Source of the DNA: Patescibacteria group bacterium
Lineage (GTDB): Bacteria; Patescibacteriota; Patescibacteriia; 2-01-FULL-39-33
DNA: 32,000 nucleotides
Assembly: GCA_041662745.1 (NCBI GenBank)
Contig: JBAZRV010000006.1
Coordinates: 11,215 to 43,214 of the forward strand
Reading direction: 5' to 3'
Both the position numbers and the translations under genes were made by a program. Positions 17,335 through 26,514 of the stretch are shown piece by piece. Each line of letters starts with the position of its first letter. Within the stretch, counting starts at the first letter, position 1. The notes below the pieces were generated by a model that was not told the DNA's origin, did not search any database, and saw only the letters and a program-made list of their open reading frames with translations.

Positions 17335-17471
17335 TATTAACGAAGAGCCGGAATTCAGGTAATAACTTGAGATCCCCTGCCGGCAGGCAGGTTCACTTTG
17401 TTCAGTGATGACATAAAAACCACCTTGAGCAACTGGGCGGTTTTTTATAATTAGGATTCAAGGAGTAGATA

Positions 17472-17500
17472 TTGACAAAGCATAATTAGTATGGTAATCT
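17472..17500 (+). promoter_or_regulatory. Promoter-like TTGACA - N17 - TAATCT
   Basis: Lies between polA and the 191 aa ORF. Confidence 0.5.
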
Positions 17501-17555
17501 GAAAAAGAATTATTGAACATTTAAATTAAGACCTAAAACAAAGGAGGATCAAATA

Positions 17556-18131
17556 ATGGCTAACATATTGAAAAAAGAACCGCAAACAGAAATGGAATAC
17601 TGGGAGGCGATTGATGGTATCGGGGGGATAATCTGGAACACAAATCACGATATCGGCCATGGACGGTACGAAAATTCTTCAGAGATAGAACAATACCTGA
17701 CCGATGCCCAAGAAACCATTGAACGCTTAGTCAATGAATTAGCTGATAAATTCGGAGTAATCCCTCCCCGGGATTGCCCCAAGTCAAAACCAGGCGAAAA
17801 AGTTCCACCGGCGTCGGAAGGAAAAACCTATTACTGGGATTGGTATTATGCGAAAAAAGCAGAAGCCAAAAAACAATATTATGAAAGCATTATTTGTTCC
17901 GCCTGCCCCTATAGTGAAGGATTAGAGAGTATGACAGGTTTTAATGTCCCATGCGAACTTTGGAAAGGCGTCCTTTACCGGCTTACTTTTCCATATCTGT
18001 GTGCAATGCTAGGGGATTACGGCCAGGAAAAACTTCACCAAATAATTCAACAAAGGGGCGGCGAACAGGCGCTCAAAGTTTTTAAAGAAAAACTGGAGAC
18101 TCTGAAAAAAGACTTTGGAAAAAAGAAGTAG
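17556..18131 (+). CDS. Hypothetical protein, 191 aa
   Basis: ATG preceded by AAAGGAGGATCAAATA; own promoter candidate; cysteines in CSACPYSEG. No family recognised. Confidence 0.75.
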   Translation: MANILKKEPQTEMEYWEAIDGIGGIIWNTNHDIGHGRYENSSEIEQYLTDAQETIERLVNELADKFGVIPPRDCPKSKPGEKVPPASEGKTYYWDWYYAKKAEAKKQYYESIICSACPYSEGLESMTGFNVPCELWKGVLYRLTFPYLCAMLGDYGQEKLHQIIQQRGGEQALKVFKEKLETLKKDFGKKK

Positions 18132-18200
18132 CCGACAGATAATAATGCTCATTTGACACCACTCAAGCATCTGCTGCGAGTGGCGTTTTTTATTAACCAA

Positions 18201-18231
18201 AAAACCGCCAAGGCCAAGTCTAGGCGGTTTT
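18201..18231. terminator. Bidirectional terminator between convergent genes
   Basis: AAAACCGCC...GGCGGTTTT. Confidence 0.7.
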
Positions 18232-18247
18232 ATAAATGTGCAAAATA

Positions 18248-19312
18248 TTAAGCGCAATAGACGGCTAAGGCCTTATCTATCGCTACCTTAAACTGCTCTT
18301 GATGATGGCTCATAACCTTATAGCGTAAAAACGACTTGCGAGCGCGAAGCAAGCTGGCGCCATTATCATATTTGAATACGGGATCGCCGCTTATGTAATC
18401 AGTCAGGTATCTGATACCCAGCTCCAAAGAAATAATTCTTCCGGCCAACGCAAAATGCTCAATCTCCTCCGGCAACAGCAGTCTGCCCGTACCGGCCAAA
18501 TAGCCGTTAAGCAAAGCGCTGAAACATTCGGTCGGAGAGGGGCGCTCGTCAAACTCCACGCCCAAAGCCGAACGGAACATATCGCCGAAATCAAATAAGC
18601 TATAGCCCGCCATAGTGGTATCCAAATCAATCACTGCCACCGCCGCGCCCGTGCTTTTATCCAATAAAACATTATCTATCCCCGTATCATTGTGCGTTAA
18701 CCGCAAAGGAATATTACCGCCGTTAATCAGCGCGGAGAATTCCATGATCTCCTCCAGCCGGCTTTTAACAAACTCAATTTCTTTCAGACAGTCGGCAACT
18801 CGGCCGAATTGATCTTGCTGTCGCGCCAAGACTAGCTGTTCATAACGCCATAGGGTATTATGAAAATCGGACACGACCACATTAAGCGCATTAAGCGGCA
18901 ACTTGACTAGCAAAGCTAAGTATTGGCCGTAGGCTTTGGCGATTTCATACGCCTGATAGATATTTTCAATCCTCTGACAGCTGTAAGAATGATCAAAAAA
19001 ATCATATAAGCGCCAATAAGCTCCCGCCTCATCGCGATGCCACAAAGCGCTGCCGTCTTTCAAGCCGACAGCGGACAAACCCAGCGCCTGGCCGCGGCCA
19101 GACACGATGGCAGAAAAATTCTCTAACAGTTTCAGCGGTTCAGGAAAATACTGGTCATTAACTCGCTGTAATAAGTATGACTTGCCGGCCAGAGTAACGC
19201 AAAAACTGTCATTAATCGCGCCTTTACCGTAACGCTCAATGCTGTCCGGCCGCGCGTCCAGAAACTTATGGGCGACCTCTGCCAAATATTCAAAATCGAA
19301 TTGTTGTTTCAT
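18248..19312 (-). CDS. APH/choline-kinase-like phosphotransferase (possibly sugar kinase)
   Basis: LTHNDTGIDNVLLD (Brenner-type catalytic loop) and VIDLDTTMAGYSLFDFGDM. Start chosen at MKQQFDF, which has a GGGAGG site and avoids overlap with the upstream gene; the ORF track starts at 19381. Confidence 0.8.
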   Translation of the reverse strand: MKQQFDFEYLAEVAHKFLDARPDSIERYGKGAINDSFCVTLAGKSYLLQRVNDQYFPEPLKLLENFSAIVSGRGQALGLSAVGLKDGSALWHRDEAGAYWRLYDFFDHSYSCQRIENIYQAYEIAKAYGQYLALLVKLPLNALNVVVSDFHNTLWRYEQLVLARQQDQFGRVADCLKEIEFVKSRLEEIMEFSALINGGNIPLRLTHNDTGIDNVLLDKSTGAAVAVIDLDTTMAGYSLFDFGDMFRSALGVEFDERPSPTECFSALLNGYLAGTGRLLLPEEIEHFALAGRIISLELGIRYLTDYISGDPVFKYDNGASLLRARKSFLRYKVMSHHQEQFKVAIDKALAVYCA

Positions 19313-19329
19313 AATATGCCTCCCATCGA

Positions 19330-19986
19330 TTAAAGCGCGATTATATTTTCTCCGATACCACTGAATATGGATATGTGACAATTGCCAAAAGGCATAAGCT
19401 GCAATCGTTCTTTGGCCTTGTCAATTGTGACGTCCATAATCAGCCGCCAGAACAAGATACCCCATTTGCCATGACCAACAACCAGGATCGTCTTAAAACC
19501 ACTGTAACAACCATAGAAAAAATCATTTAAAAAAGAGCGAATCTGCAATTCTACATCAGGTCCGGACTGGCCGCCCGGTGCGCGGTAATGATACCAGCCT
19601 TCGCGCTTTTGGATTTGTTCCTCAAGCGGATACAGCCGAACAATATCCGCCTTGCTCATTGTGTGCCAGATGCCGCGCCACCATTCGTCCAAACGAGAAT
19701 CCATAATCGGTTTCAAACCGCAAGGGTTATAAACTTCTGTAATTCCCTGCAGGGTTTGTTCGGTTCGCAGATAGCTGGAAAAAAATGCTTGCTCCCAAGA
19801 AAGTCCCACAATCTTTAAAGCCCGACCGGCATGATGCGCTTGGTTTTGACCGTTTAATGTCAGGGGAAACCGATGATTCGGCAATTCAACCAATGACTCA
19901 TCGTCCAAACCCTTGGCATTACCGATTGATTCACCATGGCGCACAAAAATAATTTTTTTACCACTATCTTTAAGCTGCTGCAACAT
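19330..19986 (-). CDS. Histidine phosphatase (phosphoglycerate mutase-like) family protein
   Basis: IIFVRHGESIGNA, SSYLRTEQT, VVGHGKWG. Confidence 0.88.
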   Translation of the reverse strand: MLQQLKDSGKKIIFVRHGESIGNAKGLDDESLVELPNHRFPLTLNGQNQAHHAGRALKIVGLSWEQAFFSSYLRTEQTLQGITEVYNPCGLKPIMDSRLDEWWRGIWHTMSKADIVRLYPLEEQIQKREGWYHYRAPGGQSGPDVELQIRSFLNDFFYGCYSGFKTILVVGHGKWGILFWRLIMDVTIDKAKERLQLMPFGNCHISIFSGIGENIIAL

Positions 19987-20056
19987 ATTCTTTTCTCCTT
20001 TTTGCCCTCCGAAACATTAGTGTAGGAGGGTGGTTGTAAAGTGCGGTTTACTTTCT

Positions 20057-20815
20057 TTATTTCTTAATCGCTTGCCAATTAAATTCAAAAATCTGTTTTT
20101 GCATCTGATAAATTGACTCATTCTCCACTACCACGCCGAGGGAATTGCCGGAATCATCCAATCCGATGTGGGCGATCTTGCCGCCGTAGATCAATTCATG
20201 CGTCATTCTCAGGTTATCGCCGGCCACGGGAATCTGCCGTCTTTCATCCAGGCCGAAAATTCCGCCCGCTTCGCCCAGAGAAACCACGCGTACGATTATC
20301 TTTTTATCGGTTCGCTTTTTATTGAAATCGGGCATAGCCGTATAAAGATGCTTGCGATCCTCAGCGGCGCCGGAAGAATAAACAAAATAAACCTTATCCT
20401 CACGATTTCTCATGGTTTCCAACACGTCCTGCAGAATCTGCTTCATGCCTTGGTCGCCCTCATAAAATTTAACGGCCGGCCGATTGCCACTGCGTTCAAA
20501 AATCGCTTGCAAACGAGGCAAATTCTCTTTGATGTCCTCTTTAACCAGGGCCAGTTTCTCTTCGCGGTCTTCCAGGGCGTTTAAGAGCTTTTCCGGCGGT
20601 TCGGCCACAAAGAACTGTTTGGTTTGCTTGTGGTAATAAGTAACCAGCCCGACGGCAATAAGCGCTTTCAAAATATCATAGGTTGTTCCCCGATTAATCC
20701 CGGCTTTATCGGCCACGACGCGAACGGAAGACGGCCCCAATTCAATCAAAGCCAAGTAAACCGAGGTTTCCTTGTCGCTCAAGCCGAAATTTCTTAATAA
20801 CGATTGTATTTCCAT
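20057..20815 (-). CDS. TrmB-like helix-turn-helix transcriptional regulator
   Basis: LLRNFGLSDKETSVYLALIELGPSSVRVVADKAGINRGTTYDILKALIAVGLV. Confidence 0.88.
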   Translation of the reverse strand: MEIQSLLRNFGLSDKETSVYLALIELGPSSVRVVADKAGINRGTTYDILKALIAVGLVTYYHKQTKQFFVAEPPEKLLNALEDREEKLALVKEDIKENLPRLQAIFERSGNRPAVKFYEGDQGMKQILQDVLETMRNREDKVYFVYSSGAAEDRKHLYTAMPDFNKKRTDKKIIVRVVSLGEAGGIFGLDERRQIPVAGDNLRMTHELIYGGKIAHIGLDDSGNSLGVVVENESIYQMQKQIFEFNWQAIKK

Positions 20816-20846
20816 ATTTACCCCGAGTGAATTTAATTACATTACT

Positions 20847-20875
20847 ATCTTACCTTGCCTGTTTTTATTTGTCAA
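20847..20875 (-). promoter_or_regulatory. Promoter for TrmB-like regulator: TTGACA - N17 - TAAGAT
   Basis: Read on the minus strand; TTGACA begins one base beyond the listed TGTCAA core; the -10 is the reverse complement of ATCTTA. Confidence 0.5.
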
Positions 20876-21127
20876 GACTTTTTCTACATTTTTTATTATT
20901 TTATAATATTTTATCTAAATTTAGAATATTTTATAGCTTATTTTATTAACTTTTTTTCTACATTTTTATAGTTATCCACAGGAAGAAAAATTACTGGCAC
21001 AAATCCTGCAACTGAATCAAAAAATTCCGGCGATTGTCATTTATCCTAAAATCAGCTAAAATTATCTCGTGTTCCGGCATTTGCTGTGTATGCTATTTGC
21101 TATGCGCCATATGCAATAAGCCATTTT

Positions 21128-22105
21128 ATGATATTTTTCGTTTACGGCACGGAATCGCATTTATGCCGCCAAAAAGTCGCAGAACTGCAGGCTGGCTTTA
21201 TCCAAAAACGGGATAAGGGCAGTCTTAACATCGTCCGATTGAAAGGCGAGGACTTGGATTTTGACCGCCTGTCGCAAGAAGCTCTCACCACTCCCTTTCT
21301 GGGAGAACGCAAGCTGATTATCATTGAACAGCTTTTGGCTGACATGTCCGCCGGCAAAAAAAAGCTGCGCGACCAAGTTTTGGATTTCCTCAAAGCCAAG
21401 GAGTCGGTGATTGATAATAACCTAATGTTTGTTGATCTGTTTGAAGAAGAGAAAAAGATGCCGGAGAAGGACGCGCTTTTTAATTTCTTAGCCAAACAAA
21501 AATTCGCTTACAAGTTGCTTCGCCTTAAAGATCGCGAGTTAAGCGGCTGGATCAAGAAATACTGCGAGGGCAAAAAAATAAAAATCGCTCCGGCGGCTGT
21601 CAGCGAATTGTTGCTCTTGGTCGGCAATGACTTGACCCAATTGACCAATGAACTGAACAAGTTAGGGGCGTACAAAGCTGAAGAACTGATTGTTGCTGGC
21701 GATGTCAAACTTTTAGTCAAGGCCAAGATTGACGATGATGCTTTTATTTTGACTGACGCTCTGGGCGACAAGAATCGCGAACACGCGCTGGAACTGCTGA
21801 GCCGGCAATTTCTCTCCGGCGCCGAACCGCTGGCGCTGCTGGGATCAATCAATTGGCAATTCAAACTGATTCTTAAAGCCAAAACCCTGCTGGAAAACAA
21901 CCCTCGCCTGACGCCGGAAGGCGCAGCCAAGGAAATCGGCGTTCACGCTTATCCGGCCCGTAAAAGCTTAGGCTTTGCCAAAAGTTTCACTCTCAAGCAG
22001 CTGATTAACATTCAAAATGACTTATTGGACATAGAGCGCCAGCTCAAATCCGGCGCCAAAAATCCGGAATTATTGTTTGATTTGTTTGTGATAAAATATT
22101 GTTGA
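21128..22105 (+). CDS. holA: DNA polymerase III subunit delta
   Basis: MIFFVYGTESHLCRQKV...FVDLFEEEKK...LLSRQFLSGAEPLALLGSINWQFKLILKAK. Start at 21128 preferred over 21086. Confidence 0.88.
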   Translation: MIFFVYGTESHLCRQKVAELQAGFIQKRDKGSLNIVRLKGEDLDFDRLSQEALTTPFLGERKLIIIEQLLADMSAGKKKLRDQVLDFLKAKESVIDNNLMFVDLFEEEKKMPEKDALFNFLAKQKFAYKLLRLKDRELSGWIKKYCEGKKIKIAPAAVSELLLLVGNDLTQLTNELNKLGAYKAEELIVAGDVKLLVKAKIDDDAFILTDALGDKNREHALELLSRQFLSGAEPLALLGSINWQFKLILKAKTLLENNPRLTPEGAAKEIGVHAYPARKSLGFAKSFTLKQLINIQNDLLDIERQLKSGAKNPELLFDLFVIKYC

Positions 22106-22189
22106 CAAACAAGGCAGTTTGATCTAAGCTGGAATGGGTTTTAATCGCACCTTAGCAACAAGCAAACCAACTGAAAGGAAGGAGAAACC

Positions 22190-22444
22190 ATGAGCGAACA
22201 GCCGACGGATATCGTCACTTTTTGCGATGATAGCAACCCCTTTACCCGCAATCCGCGCCAACAGGTTGATGGCAATGCCAAATATTTAAGGATCGTTGCC
22301 AGGACCCACAACAAAGACGGAACCATTAGCGATGAAATTCTTTTTACCGGCGACAAGTTTCGCGAGGGATCGGAACACAATGGAAGATTGGCCGTTTGCC
22401 ATTGCGCAGCTTGCGCCAGCAAGACCGTAAAAGCTCCTTCGTAA
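22190..22444 (+). CDS. Hypothetical small protein, 84 aa, CHCAAC motif
   Basis: GGAAGGAG ribosome-binding site 7-8 nt upstream; terminator immediately downstream. Confidence 0.65.
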   Translation: MSEQPTDIVTFCDDSNPFTRNPRQQVDGNAKYLRIVARTHNKDGTISDEILFTGDKFREGSEHNGRLAVCHCAACASKTVKAPS

Positions 22445-22467
22445 ATACGCTTCATAAGTACGAAAAA

Positions 22468-22489
22468 ACCGCTCGCTTGAGCGGCTTTT
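22468..22489. terminator. Bidirectional terminator
   Basis: AAAAAACCGCTCGCTTGAGCGGCTTTTA. Confidence 0.8.
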
Positions 22490-22492
22490 ATT

Positions 22493-23524
22493 TTATTGTT
22501 TTTTTCTCTTGCCAGCCAATTGTCCGCAAGCGCCGGCGATATCTCCGCCCAAGGACCTGCGAATCGTCGTTTCTATGCCGGAACGGTTTAAAATTATTTT
22601 AAAACGCTTAATCTGCTCCAAAGGCGAAGCCCTGAAACGGCGGCTGACCGCGCCGGAACGGGAGATGACGGGATTATAGGGAATCAAGTTTACCATAACT
22701 AATTTCTTAGGCAACTGCTCCAAAAGCTTAACCAGTTCGTTCGCCTGCTCATTGCCGTCATTGACACCATCAATCATCACATATTCAAACATCAGCTTTC
22801 GTCCCTTCGCCTTCAAATACAATTTAAGCTGATTAAACAACTCCGCCAAGCTATAGCTGGAAGCAATCGGCATCAACTCCCGCCGCAATTCGTCATTGGG
22901 CGCATGCAAAGAAATCGCCAAATTGATCTGCAAGGGATAGCGGGTTAGGTGTTTAAGGCCTTCCAGCAAACCGCAAGTGGAAACGGAAATTGATCGGGCC
23001 GCCAGTCCGAAACCGTCCTGACTATTGATCAAATCAATCGCTTCAGCGACATTGCGCCAATTCAAAAGCGGTTCGCCCATACCCATAAACACTACGTTGT
23101 CTATTCTTTCGCCTTCGGTTTTGAGTCGGCGAGCAAAATAAACCGCCTGCTCAATGATTTCTTCGGTCATCAGATTGCGTTCAAAGCCATTTTGGCCGGT
23201 AGCGCAGAATAAACAACCCAAGGGACAGCCGACCTGCGAAGAAACGCAGACCGTAAAGCGGCCATCGGCATTTTCTATCAGTACCGCTTCAATCAAAGCC
23301 CCGTCGGCCAATTTAATCAATGCCTTGCGGCTTGAACCGCTTGCCGTTTCTGTGGCGTTGATCTCTAAGGGGCAATTGTCTTTAAGTTTTTGTTTAAGCT
23401 CAGCGGGCAGGGTGGTGGCTTCATCCCAATTGCCGATTAATTTCAAATACACCGCCTGCTTGATTTGTTTCAAACGGTAAGCGGGCTGGCCGGCTAATAT
23501 TTTATTTAAGGCTGATAAATCCAT
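22493..23524 (-). CDS. rlmN: 23S rRNA (adenine(2503)-C(2))-methyltransferase
   Basis: CVSSQVGCPLGCLFCATGQNGFERNL, VFMGMGEPLLNW, VEYVMI-like FEYVMIDGVND. Confidence 0.96.
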   Translation of the reverse strand: MDLSALNKILAGQPAYRLKQIKQAVYLKLIGNWDEATTLPAELKQKLKDNCPLEINATETASGSSRKALIKLADGALIEAVLIENADGRFTVCVSSQVGCPLGCLFCATGQNGFERNLMTEEIIEQAVYFARRLKTEGERIDNVVFMGMGEPLLNWRNVAEAIDLINSQDGFGLAARSISVSTCGLLEGLKHLTRYPLQINLAISLHAPNDELRRELMPIASSYSLAELFNQLKLYLKAKGRKLMFEYVMIDGVNDGNEQANELVKLLEQLPKKLVMVNLIPYNPVISRSGAVSRRFRASPLEQIKRFKIILNRSGIETTIRRSLGGDIAGACGQLAGKRKKQ

Positions 23525-23561
23525 AGCGATGCAAAAAGTCCCGCACCAGGCGGGAACTTTT

Positions 23562-23825
23562 TTATTTCATCAAAGAGTTAAGTTTCTTCATCAGTCTTGA
23601 TTTCTTCCGAGCGGCGGCGTTTTTGGCGATAATCTTTTTGCCGGCGGCTTTGTCAATAACTTTGATAGCGGCTTTGACTTTTTCCGCGGCCTGTTTTTCC
23701 TTGGCGGCGATCATCTTCTGTGAATCCTTAACCAGCTCCTTAATGGCGTGCTTGACCTTGTAATTTCTTAAGGCGCGTTTGGCGCTTTGGCGCAAAGCCT
23801 TGGCGGCGCTTTTTTTATTAGGCAT
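23562..23825 (-). CDS. rpsT: 30S ribosomal protein S20
   Basis: MPNKKSAAKALRQSAKRALRNYKVKHAIK...; start set at MPNKK rather than the longer ORF start at 23909. Confidence 0.94.
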   Translation of the reverse strand: MPNKKSAAKALRQSAKRALRNYKVKHAIKELVKDSQKMIAAKEKQAAEKVKAAIKVIDKAAGKKIIAKNAAARKKSRLMKKLNSLMK

Positions 23826-23914
23826 AAATTTAGTTCGTAGGTAGTGATTTGTAGTTAATAATATGTGAGAGCTTGTTAAAATAATAACAAATACTTTGGC
23901 CTTTGTCAATCAAA

Positions 23915-23997
23915 TGCCGAAGGGGAGACTCGAACTCCCACGGGACAAGCCCACATGCTCCTAAGGCATGCGTGTATACCAATTTCACCACTTCGGC
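23915..23997 (-). tRNA. tRNA-Leu (anticodon UAG)
   Basis: GCCGAAGTGGTGAAATTGGTATACACGCATGCCTTAGGAGCATGTGGGCTTGTCCCGTGGGAGTTCGAGTCTCCCCTTCGGCA; 7 bp acceptor stem, long variable arm, GTTCGAG T-loop; CCA not encoded. Confidence 0.95.
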
Positions 23998-24228
23998 ATA
24001 AATTAACTAAATTATAGCATTTAAAATAAGAAAAATCAACCCTCCGACAATAACGGTTTGACAAAAAACAACAAAGGAGTAAGATAGTAAATCAACTTAA
24101 AACAACGAACCGGCCTTATTAGGCTTACCTCCTTAATCATCCTTAAAACATTGACTCAAGCCTCTCTTTCGGTTAAACTTCAATTGTTATTAATCCCCTT
24201 AGAGTCCTAATAAAAAACATCTAAAAAT

Positions 24229-25320
24229 ATGAAAAAAATCATTCTCGCGCTCATCTGTGGCGCCGGCCTGCTCGCCGTTTCCCAGCCCGCCTGGGCTTAC
24301 GTCGCCAGCGAAGGCAATCTAATCAAAACCGGCAATAACCCGGCCGTCTATTATATTGATGGCGGCGGTTATCGGCATCTTTTCCCCAATCAAGCGGTTT
24401 TCTTCAGTTGGTATAAAGGCTCATGGAGCGACCAGTACATCATTACCGTAACCGATTATGAACTCTTGCAAATCCCGACGGGTAAAAACGTCACGGTCAA
24501 ACCGGGCTATGCCTTGATTCATTTTGACAACAGCTTAAGGATGTACGCCGTCTTGCCCGGCGGAAAGTTATGCCGCGCTCCGGCCCATTACAATAATTAT
24601 CAATACAATCGTTCTCTGATTATTCCGGCCGGCTTTGAAAGCGACTACTATAATGACGGGGCCTGCGATATTACCGAAGGCCAAAAACTGCCTGACGGCA
24701 CGCTCTTAAGGTACGCGGGATCTAATGATGTTTACTATATTCAAAACAGCCAAAAAAGGCACGTGACCGGATCCGGCTTCAACGCTAATAACTTCCGTTG
24801 GGACTCGGTGATTGAGAATGTTGATTCTTCCATGTACTACCCTGATGGCGGGGACATTTCCGCCCGCGAAGACAACATTTACAGCGTCAGCTACAGTTTT
24901 GGCAACAACTATTATAGCGGTTACAATTATAGTTGCAGTGAAAATTGGACTTGTTATGCTTGGAGCGCTTGCGCTAACGGTTCGCAATCCCGCACTTGCT
25001 GGGACAATAACAATTGCGGCACGACTTACAACAAGCCGATTACCGCCCAGGCTTGCTACAGTTGCAGCGAGAGCTGGACCTGCGGTTCTTGGTCGGCCTG
25101 TTCTTACGGCAGGCAATACCGCACTTGCTGGGACAATAACAGCTGCGGCACGACCGCTAATAAGCCGATCACCTCTCAAACTTGCTACAGTTGCAATGAA
25201 AGCTGGAGTTGCACCTCTTGGAGCGTCTGTTCCAAGGGGACAAAATACAGGGAATGCCTGGATATCAACCGTTGCAGCACTGCGACCGGCAAACCGTCCG
25301 TAACGCAATCCTGCAATTAA
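24229..25320 (+). CDS. Secreted Cys-rich protein with three TSP1-like repeats
   Basis: Signal peptide MKKIILALICGAGLLAVSQPAWA; three ~43 aa repeats CS(E)xWTCxxWSxCxxGxxxRxCxDxNxCxTxxxKPxxxQxC. Confidence 0.85.
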   Translation: MKKIILALICGAGLLAVSQPAWAYVASEGNLIKTGNNPAVYYIDGGGYRHLFPNQAVFFSWYKGSWSDQYIITVTDYELLQIPTGKNVTVKPGYALIHFDNSLRMYAVLPGGKLCRAPAHYNNYQYNRSLIIPAGFESDYYNDGACDITEGQKLPDGTLLRYAGSNDVYYIQNSQKRHVTGSGFNANNFRWDSVIENVDSSMYYPDGGDISAREDNIYSVSYSFGNNYYSGYNYSCSENWTCYAWSACANGSQSRTCWDNNNCGTTYNKPITAQACYSCSESWTCGSWSACSYGRQYRTCWDNNSCGTTANKPITSQTCYSCNESWSCTSWSVCSKGTKYRECLDINRCSTATGKPSVTQSCN

Positions 25321-25425
25321 TCCGCTGTCCACCGACTATCGCCAAAAATAAAGATCAGAAAAAGCCCGGCAACCAGTCGGAGCTTTTTCTTTTTGTTATT
25401 TTAATGCTAAAATGAAATCACTAAT

Positions 25426-26514
25426 ATGAAATATCTATTTATTTTGGGCAACAATCCGGAATTATCCGTAGCCGAAATCACGGCTATTCTGCCCCAAGCG
25501 AAAATCCTCAAAAAAACCCAGCTCTACTTAGCGGTTGATAGCCCCAAAATTGATTGCCAACGACTGATGGACCGTTTGGGCGGGACCATCAAAATCGGCC
25601 TGGTATTGGGCGCGCATCCGGATGTTGGACCGATTACCGGTTCAGCCATGTCCAAAAGCGGTGGCCGTTTTAATTTCGGCCTTAGCTTCTATGGCCAAAA
25701 ACCCAGCAACTGGGGCTTAGGCATCAAAAAACAATTGAAAGGGCAAGGCATCAGTTCCCGTTTGGTCACCAGTCGCGAGCCAGCTTTATCGTCGGTTATC
25801 ATCACCAAAGAAAAATGCCAGGATTATATTATCACTCCGGAATTTTTCGCCCAAACTTGCGCCGTACAGGATTTTAAGGAATTCGGCAAACGGGATTTCG
25901 GCCGGCCGGCCGCCGACGCTTATTCGGGCATGCTGCCGCCTAAAGCCGCCAAAATGATGATTAATCTTAGCGGCGCTCAGACGACCGCCACGGTTTTAGA
26001 CCCCTTCTGCGGTTCCGGCACTATCTTATCCGAAGCCCTGGCCCTGGGCTACACTGACTTAATCGGCACCGACTTGTCGGATAAAGCCGTGGCTGACAGC
26101 CAAAAGAATCTCCAATGGCTGGCCGAAGAATTAAAAATCAAAGACTATAAACTGAAAATTGAAAAACTTGACGTTAGGGAACTGTCGAAAAATTTCGACA
26201 GTGTTGACGCCATTATCACTGAGCCGTACCTGGGCAAACCCATCAGAGGCAATGAGAATGCCGAGCAGATAAAATCAATCATCGCCGAGTTATCCGATTT
26301 ATACCTAAGCGCCTTCCGACAATTCAAAAAAGTCTTGGCTGAAAACGGAAAAATCGTCATGATTTTTCCCGAATGGCATTTGCACGGCAAGATCTACCGT
26401 TTAAATATCAGCGAGCGCGTCTCTCAACTCGGCTTTAAGCGCTTAGACAGCGGGGATTTATATTATAAACGCGAAGATCAAAAAGTTTGGCGCAACATCA
26501 CTATCTGGCAATAG
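25426..26514 (+). CDS. Trm11/TrmG10-like (UPF0020) RNA methyltransferase
   Basis: VLDPFCGSGTILSEALALGYTDLIGTDLSDKAV (SAM-binding) and VDAIITEPYLGKP (motif IV variant). Confidence 0.85.
   Translation: MKYLFILGNNPELSVAEITAILPQAKILKKTQLYLAVDSPKIDCQRLMDRLGGTIKIGLVLGAHPDVGPITGSAMSKSGGRFNFGLSFYGQKPSNWGLGIKKQLKGQGISSRLVTSREPALSSVIITKEKCQDYIITPEFFAQTCAVQDFKEFGKRDFGRPAADAYSGMLPPKAAKMMINLSGAQTTATVLDPFCGSGTILSEALALGYTDLIGTDLSDKAVADSQKNLQWLAEELKIKDYKLKIEKLDVRELSKNFDSVDAIITEPYLGKPIRGNENAEQIKSIIAELSDLYLSAFRQFKKVLAENGKIVMIFPEWHLHGKIYRLNISERVSQLGFKRLDSGDLYYKREDQKVWRNITIWQ
26181..26202. repeat. 22 nt palindrome, family B, within the Trm-like gene
   Basis: ACTGTCGAAAAATTTCGACAGT; one mismatch to 15741-15762; same frame (ELSK[I/N]FDS). 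Confidence 0.85.

Noticed and set aside
21034-21216. 60 aa ORF and the longer holA start at 21086 (MYAICYAPYAIS)
   Set aside because: The leading peptide comes from a simple TATGC/ATATGC-rich repeat; MIFFVYGTE at 21128 matches the expected delta subunit start.
23826-23909. N-terminal extension of rpsT (MTKAKVFVIILTSSHILLTTNHYLRTKF)
   Set aside because: S20 normally begins MPNKKSA; the extension looks like translated intergenic sequence.
24706-25332. 208 aa and 163 aa alternative-frame ORFs over the TSP1-like gene
   Set aside because: Long alternative frames arise from the tandem coding repeat; the signal peptide and Cys pattern support the +1 frame gene at 24229.
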